A stretch of DNA of 64,000 bases from positions 5,923,708-5,987,707 of the forward strand of contig OZ316891.1 in NCBI GenBank assembly GCA_973895155.1, in the 5' to 3' direction. Position 1 is the stretch's first letter; each line of letters begins with the position of its first letter. The translations under genes were made by a program, and so were the position numbers. This DNA is from Marsupella aquatica. Lineage: Eukaryota; Plantae; Marchantiophyta. The notes beneath the pieces were generated by a model that was given only the letters and a program-made list of their open reading frames with translations, ran no database searches and had not been told where the DNA came from. Shown piece by piece: positions 57,001 to 64,000 of the stretch.

Positions 57001-60000
57001 CTATTTTGACCCTGCGATATGGCCAATCCACTTTTCAATGTTTTATCTTACTAAGAAATTCGGTCATATATATTTTACTTCAATGTGTCTTAACAAGGTG
57101 CACCACTTGTATAATTTAGACTTTACATTACTTTGGCACCCCTCTAAGTGTTTTCTTATCTTCCTATGCTAGGGCTCTCATTCCCCACTACATTTAACAG
57201 ATTTTATGGACTTTCTGCCAAATCCAGTGAATGAGAGAGAGAATTGAAACTTTGAGGTGTGGACTCCACTGCTTTAAGTCCTCCTCAAACACTTTTTTTT
57301 TGTTTGCTAAGCTTATGGTTTTTTTGTCATTACCTATGGCAAGTGAGTATCTTTTGCACCTTATTTGCACAATTTTTGATTGATTTGAGGGTCATTGAAG
57401 CTAGAACCCAAAATTCTATGATTGTGCATTTTGTTGTCATTGCCCTTTCACTCGATGCAATTTTCTGGGGCTCTCCATTTAATAGTACACCCACATGTAC
57501 CTCTTATATAGTCCATACTTACACCATGAAACTTAATAATTGTACATATTTTCCATTGTTGTTCAACCATCCACTTGTCTATGTTACACTATGAATTATC
57601 AAACATTGGAGCATATTGGGTACCATACAATGTGAATAGGAAACCAGACTCTATTGGTTGCATATTCAAGATATCAGTTCTCTCCGTTGCTTCACAAACC
57701 ATTGCATGATTGTATGATTACATTATTACCATATGACAAAGGGTAATTGACCCAATGACAACTTACAGCTCATGGTCTCAAAAAGGAGAGACCAAATCTA
57801 TGACGTTCTTGATGATGTTGTATTGCCTAACATGCTGCAAAACATGCTTCACAATAGGTCACTAATTCAATGCCTAAACTAAAGAACATACTCCCGATAG
57901 AAGTGGGGCATTGAAGACCTAGGCACCAGGCTTATAATAGGCTTTTCATAGTTTTATGACAATGATAGTAAGAGTAAAACAGATACAAACTACATCCAAG
58001 TCATCTTGCAAAATAACCAGCAATACTCTTACTCACTATTCTAAACAACACTGCAAACAACACAAAGCAATGAACAAACACAAACCTCCAAGATCTAAAA
58101 ACTCAAGATTAACTATGGGGTCCTCACTTATTTCCTTTCTACCCATCACGCAAAAGTTAGTATAGGGTTTGTTTATTGGGTTGAGAAGAATACTTGTAAT
58201 TTCTGTGGAAGAACATTAGGGTTTTTTAAATCCAATTTTGAGAATTCTAAGAGAAGATAGGGTTTTAGAAATGAATTTTGGGAATATTTTTAGAATATTC
58301 CAAAAAGATAGAGGTAAAAAATAGTTCAAAAAACTTTTTTTATTTTTTAGGGTGTTTAATAGCTAAAAATGTCGAGCATGCTATGAGACCCCCTTTAGAG
58401 TGAGGCCCCCTAGGCTTAACTTGCACTTCCTTCTTCACCAAGCAATCTTTCTTGGTTGTTTTGTCTTTGTCTCTTCTCACGTAACTACATTAGCAACAAA
58501 TATCCTCTTGAATTGGACCAAAAGCCCTTGCAAAAGCCAACTGAAGACAATTGCTAGCAAAACTTACAACAATGAACCTCCATGACAAACAAACAGTCTG
58601 CTCCAGGACCTCCATAATGAGCAGCAGTCCTCATAGCATCGTTGTCTTCCCTATGAGCGTTCCTCCCAGAATCTTGTCTTGGCATCAAGCTTCTACTTTT
58701 GACCTCTATGTGAAGCTCTAAAGTACGTGTTCAAACTGACCACTGGAATTGGGCGGCAGGTTGGCTGCCCCTTAACTCCCTGCCTGAACCCCAAACCTGA
58801 GTACCAAAAACTGTACCTTGGCTAACCTAACCTAACCTAACCTCAATTCCTACTGGAGTATCAATAGGCTCCTCAAATTACTCCTTTCCATAGCCTTTTT
58901 GTAGCCCTCCAACAACAAGAACAATTGAGGTCTCATGAAATAGGTTAGCCCGTAAATATAAAGGCCCAAACCCTACATCCATGCATACTTGTAGCTATTG
59001 TCTTGGGAAATTCTCCTGGAATTCTTATTTTTTTGTAGTACACGTGTACCAATTGCTTAATATATGACAAGTGAACCAATTAGAACATGCCATGTGTCTT
59101 AATCACGTACATAACACAAAAACCCTAAATTTCTTAGACAAATCCATTGGAATATGACCCATTTAATGAGGGCTTATAGTTCTTTAAAGAAAATCCAAAA
59201 ATTTAACAAACCCTACTGTTCTTCCACAAAACTTTGAAAGTCCTCCTTCAAATTAGACCATTTAATTGACCCTATTCTTTGCCGCATATGATGTGGCACT
59301 TCTGCGGAAGTGAACCCCCCAAGCACATTGTCAAATAACATGTGACGTCAGCCTTGCAGACCAAAACCCCCAAAGGAGAAAACATAGACTTGAATTGATA
59401 AAATTAATAATGAAAATGAATAAAAGAAGCTTAGAAATATGAGGTGAAAGAAGATGTTTAAGAGATATGACTCTTAGGATACCCACTCCTACTCACTGGA
59501 TAATGTAGGTTGTGAGGATGTGGAGACACATAATATACGAATCAGCTTAGCAGATGGATTCACTTTTGTTTGATTGAGGTTCTACTATATATAGTTAGAA
59601 CTTTGGTTATTGAGCTATAATGGTTGATATGGTAAGGCCCCGGGTAAGGCACTACATTATTAAGTTTGTTGCCCACTAGGGTTTTGATTTAGTCTTCTAA
59701 TTTGTGGGGTTTTAGTTCATTTGGGCATCTCCATCATCCGCTTGATAGGCTTATTGGACTAGTTACTGGTGATATTCATGGACGGATGGGTCCAGTTGGA
59801 CTCTTGTTATCTATTTTGAACATACACTTTTTTCAGTGTATTCAACTGTACATTATAGCATGTTCAAGCTCAATCAATTTATAGCGGGATTTATAGTCCA
59901 TCTCTCAGAGTGGGTGCTAATGTGCCTCCACAGAGGCTTGCCCCCCTACACAACATTCCTATCCCACTTGCAGTTTTAGTTATGACACTACATGAGGAAT

Positions 60001-61307
60001 ATTAGCATTTTCCACATTTGCTTAGTTAGATGAGAATCTTAGTCCATCCCCACTAGTGAAGTGATAGTAAATATTCTCCGTTCTTTATTTTCTTTGATTT
60101 TCAAGGTTGCATCTGCCTTTTTTCCTAAATGGAACAATTTAATTTGAGCATTCCAACCAAGGTTGCTCGCAAGGTTGTTGTAAGAGTTGGGTGTATAACT
60201 ATGGCGATGAGAAGCTATAATTGAGGTCTAATTAAGCTTCTAGAGCAAGGCCTCTAGACCGTGACTCCAGGGCCCCACCCAGATTTATGTGGATGGAAAG
60301 AATGATAATATATTGTGTCACAATGATGATCATGCATGATTATATTTGTTGTCATTTCTATTAATATTCAAAGAATTGTGCATTCAAGCTAGTTGGATCT
60401 ATGAGACAAGAAAGTGTGATTAGTACCAATGTTAGTGTCTAATGCATAGGAGCACAAATCACCTGGACATCATCAATAAATAGTTATCGTTGGAAATGAG
60501 ATAAGATAAGTGCTTTACTCTATGGTAAATTGCAACAATGGCCCTCAAATTGTTTTTATTTAAAGTACTCTCCCTCAGCACAAGTTTCATGATGGTCCAC
60601 TTTGGAGCAACTCCAACTCCAAAACTCCACCAAAATTTAGCATTCTCATTTTAGCCCATTTTAAAACAGTTCACAAATGAGTTAATTACAGAACAATAGT
60701 CCCACATGCAATTCCCTTCATTTGCATTTTAAAGTGAAAAGTACACTTTGACTTCTAAAGCCCTGAATTCTCAGCCGTGGATATTTAAACCAACTTCAAA
60801 TAGTCCACTTTGACATTTGATACATGTAACTCAGGTGAGGGTACTCCCTTGCTCTTGGGGCCTCACTAAGAGCACATTCAAATATTACAAGTGCTCGATC
60901 AAGTAATAAATTAAAATAGCCTTCCGAAATTTACAATGAATCTTTACTTCTAGATTATGCTAAGCCAAAATTTAAAATACATTCATTTGTTCACATCCTT
61001 ATCTTTACACAAGGTGAGACCCAAGCTTCCACATACCTACTAGCTGCAAACCATGATTGGTCCCTTATGCTCTGACTGGCCCCAACCCAAAGGCCTAAGA
61101 AGTTATATTAGATCTGCCCTCAGACATGATTGGAGTCATAACACTGATCGCCGCTAAGTCTTACGATCTCCAAGCGGGGTTTGGAACTGAAATTTATGTT
61201 CTCTTAAGTGCTCAGGTCAACTGGTCCAAGTGTAGCCAATGATCAAATTTCAGAGAGGGGGAAGGGGGAAGGGACAGAATTTTAGATGGAACAATATAAT
61301 ATATGAT

Positions 61308-61965
61308 TGTTAGGTATTTTTCTTAGCTAGGTCTAGTGTTATGACATGTAACCATAGTTAGGCTAATTGTAGTCAAAGACATGGTTAAGATAACTAAGTT
61401 GCACACTATATCCTAAGGAGTGTTGAGCATAGACGACATTTACAAGGATAAGCCCATGACATATCCAACGCGCAAGTAGTCGACACAAGAGATACATGGT
61501 TCACCTCCTCAATGCGAGACTTGAGGTTAAGTTCACAAGAACACACAAGAGAGCTTTATTTAACTCTAAGTTTATTGGCCATACAAAGTCTCCACAGTGT
61601 AAGCTTTCCTTATCTATCAAGTGCATGACTCCATAATAATGAGCCTTACTTCCATTTATCCAAGCAAGCACCGCTTAGGATATAGTGTGCAACTTAGTTA
61701 ACCTAACCACGTCATAGACTACGGTTACATGTCGTAACCCTAGACCTCAGAGCAAATACCTAACAAGCGGTGCTTTCTTGGATAAGTGAAACTAAGGGCT
61801 CGTTATTACAAAGCCACTTGAGAGATCTAAGGGGAGCTTACGCTGTGGAGACTTGATCTTGGGGGGGGGGGAGGTCACTATATGAAGGGCCATACATCGC
61901 GTGTGACGTTTTAGGGTTTTAATATCTCAGGGGCTTATCATTGCGAATGTCATCTATGCTCAACA
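61308..61965 (+). mobile_element. Older solo LTR of the same family in opposite orientation, interrupted at 61421-61765
   Basis: Starts TGTTAGGTATTT and ends TCTATGCTCAACA, the reverse complements of the family ends. TAACTAAGTTGCACACTATATCCTA | AGCGGTGCTT is contiguous in the reverse-complemented LTR. Confidence 0.85.
61421..61765 (-). mobile_element. Solo LTR of the same Copia family, nested inside another solo LTR
   Basis: TGTTGAGCATAGACGAC...CAAATACCTAACA. Flanks AGGAG/AGCGG (decayed TSD). Confidence 0.9.
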
Positions 61966-64000
61966 ATATAAAAAGAAAAAATTTAATATAAAATAGGCCT
62001 GTAGAAAGTGAAGCACACATGAATCACCATGTTGGACACGGTGCTCTAGTTTCTATGAGAGTTTTGGGCGTATAACTTGATGATTATGAGTCTTTGAAAT
62101 GTTTTAAATTTGCACCTACAAGGCAACTAGAGAAGAAGGAAACCTTAAAAAACATAGGTGCCAAATACTTCATATTAACACAATGAAAATTAATCTAACT
62201 AATAGAATTTATCTCTCTTCATTCTATAATGTATAACTCAATCAAAATGACCTAAAATTAAATGTCACTTTGATGGAAGTGCAGCTTAACTACTTCTCTA
62301 GCACATCTCAAAACTAAAAAATATTTGAAATTACTAACATCAAGTTATCAAAATTAAACTTAAATTGTGGCCAAGGGGATTTCAAAGACCAACATTGTGG
62401 TCCATGGGAGCATAATTTTCAAAATAGGCCCCTTGCTTTTGCATTTTAATTTATTTTGGTAGAATGTGTTGATGTTTTTGCAAAAATTATGTTGTTGGGG
62501 AAGGAAAGGGCAAGGGTGTGAGAGGGTGGGAGGGGGCGCCAGACAAGTAATGGCTGTAGGGCGTATGGGGTCAAAGTGCAGTCACACAATGCTATGTGGA
62601 GGGAGAACATTCTTATTTTTTCCCTCCCCATTTGCACGTTTTCTTCCCTCCCATGCCACTCCGTCCCTCTCCACTTCTCTTCCTTTCAACATCATTAAGT
62701 AAAGAATAGCAAAAATAGGGGAAAATTAGTTTGTAGAACCTGTACTCCTGTCAATCCCGTTTCCTAAAATCAATAGAAATAAGTGTCCATGGAAATATAT
62801 ATTTTAAGTGTTGTATTAAAGTTGTGTGCCTGGTTGTGTGTCCTGTTGCGTGAGTCCTACATGACCACCTATGATCATGTGAACAAAGCATTGGGATCAT
62901 AGAAGAACTTGAAGATGAAACCATTTAGAACTTGAAGATGAAACCATTTGCATGTTGAGCTCGGCTAATCTGGAAGATGAAATCATTTGGATCTCCATTT
63001 CATGTGGATCCTGGTTCTCCCTAATTCACAAATTGCTTCAACTTTGGCAATCATTGAAGCTAGCAAACCTAACATTGCCAGATTTTGTCAAGTATTGAAG
63101 AGTTCACAAATCATTGAATTGCTCCACACTTCCTTGAACGTCTAGCTATGTTGGCAGCAAAACATGATTTCAAATGTCTCCCTCATCTTTAAATAAAATC
63201 TTTCTAGCTTACAATGCTTTAAAAGAATGATTTAAATGTCTCCCTTGTCTTTCAGTAATTTCAGTAAAACCATTCATGCTCACAACTTTTTAAACGAATG
63301 TCAACAAGTTCTCAATGAGCTTAACATTGTTAGAATTCATGAAATATTGAAGAGATCACTGATTTTGAATAGTTTTGCCCTTCCTTTAAAGTTTAACTAT
63401 GTCATTGACAAAATGTGATTTAGAGTTTCTCACTCATCTCAATGAAAGCTTTAATGTGTGATTAAATACTTATAAATATTTTAGAACCGGCTTTCCAATG
63501 AGCATATCATTGGCAAATTTGATCAAATCCGTTTGGAGATAATGATATGTTTTCAATTTCTCTAGGTTTAGGTTTAGGTGCGAGATGTTATAATGAGGCT
63601 TTCAATTTCTCAAGTTGATCATGAGTTTTTCAATATCTCTAGGTTTCAAGTAAAGTTCACATTGACAAGTTTTGTAATGAGTTTCCAAATTTCCCTAAAT
63701 GCTTCGAGTGAGCTACTAGGCCCTGCAATGTTCTTTCGTGGTTTCAGTGGTCTCATATTAGGCTGAACAAGAAGAGACATTTTTCTGATGGAACCCCTCA
63801 GGATTTGCAAATATAAATCTTACTAACAACAGATGCGGGCAGATCCTGAGTTTTGAGGTGTAAATCAGAAGTTAGGTATATCGTGAAGATGTCTTCACAG
63901 CGGTTCCTCAGTTAAATGTGTCTTAATTAGAACAATAATCCTGAACAGGATTCAAAGCTTCAGATCAGGTTCCTCATTAAGTGTTGTATTAAATAGAACA

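Noticed and set aside
58822-58843. (TAACC)4 insect-type telomere repeat
   Set aside because: Too short; an ordinary microsatellite.
62880-63800. Coiled-coil-like decayed minus-strand frames and a 23-bp duplication
   Set aside because: Probably old TE debris; no diagnostic motif.

Overview
Land-plant nuclear DNA (spliceosomal GT-AG introns, plastid transit peptide, tRNA-iMet-primed Copia element); the species cannot be determined from this window. Left arm: two tandem SWIM + split-RING genes, then a very young, complete Ty1/copia retrotransposon (10469-17071, minus strand, 475-bp LTRs differing at one base, TGTAT TSD). Its gag and pol are in the same frame, separated by one TGA followed by stem-loops. 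Gene-dense core: 10-exon chloroplast DEAD-box helicase (RH58-like), an LTO1/ORAOV1 ORF only 105 nt upstream of a PP1 inhibitor-3 (Ypi1) ORF, a divergent 4-exon RPB9, a second divergent inhibitor-3-like ORF, and a 4-exon isoaspartyl peptidase/L-asparaginase with an Asn-Gly-His repeat tail. Right arm (about 45-64 kb): mostly repeat debris, including three solo LTRs of the same Copia family (one nested in another, inverted), a MITE with an 8-bp TSD and many local duplications. Best novelty candidates: the gag-TGA-pol recoding signal, the LTO1-INH3 two-protein locus and the NG-rich tail on an isoAsp-cleaving enzyme. All coordinates were read by eye and no database searches were run.
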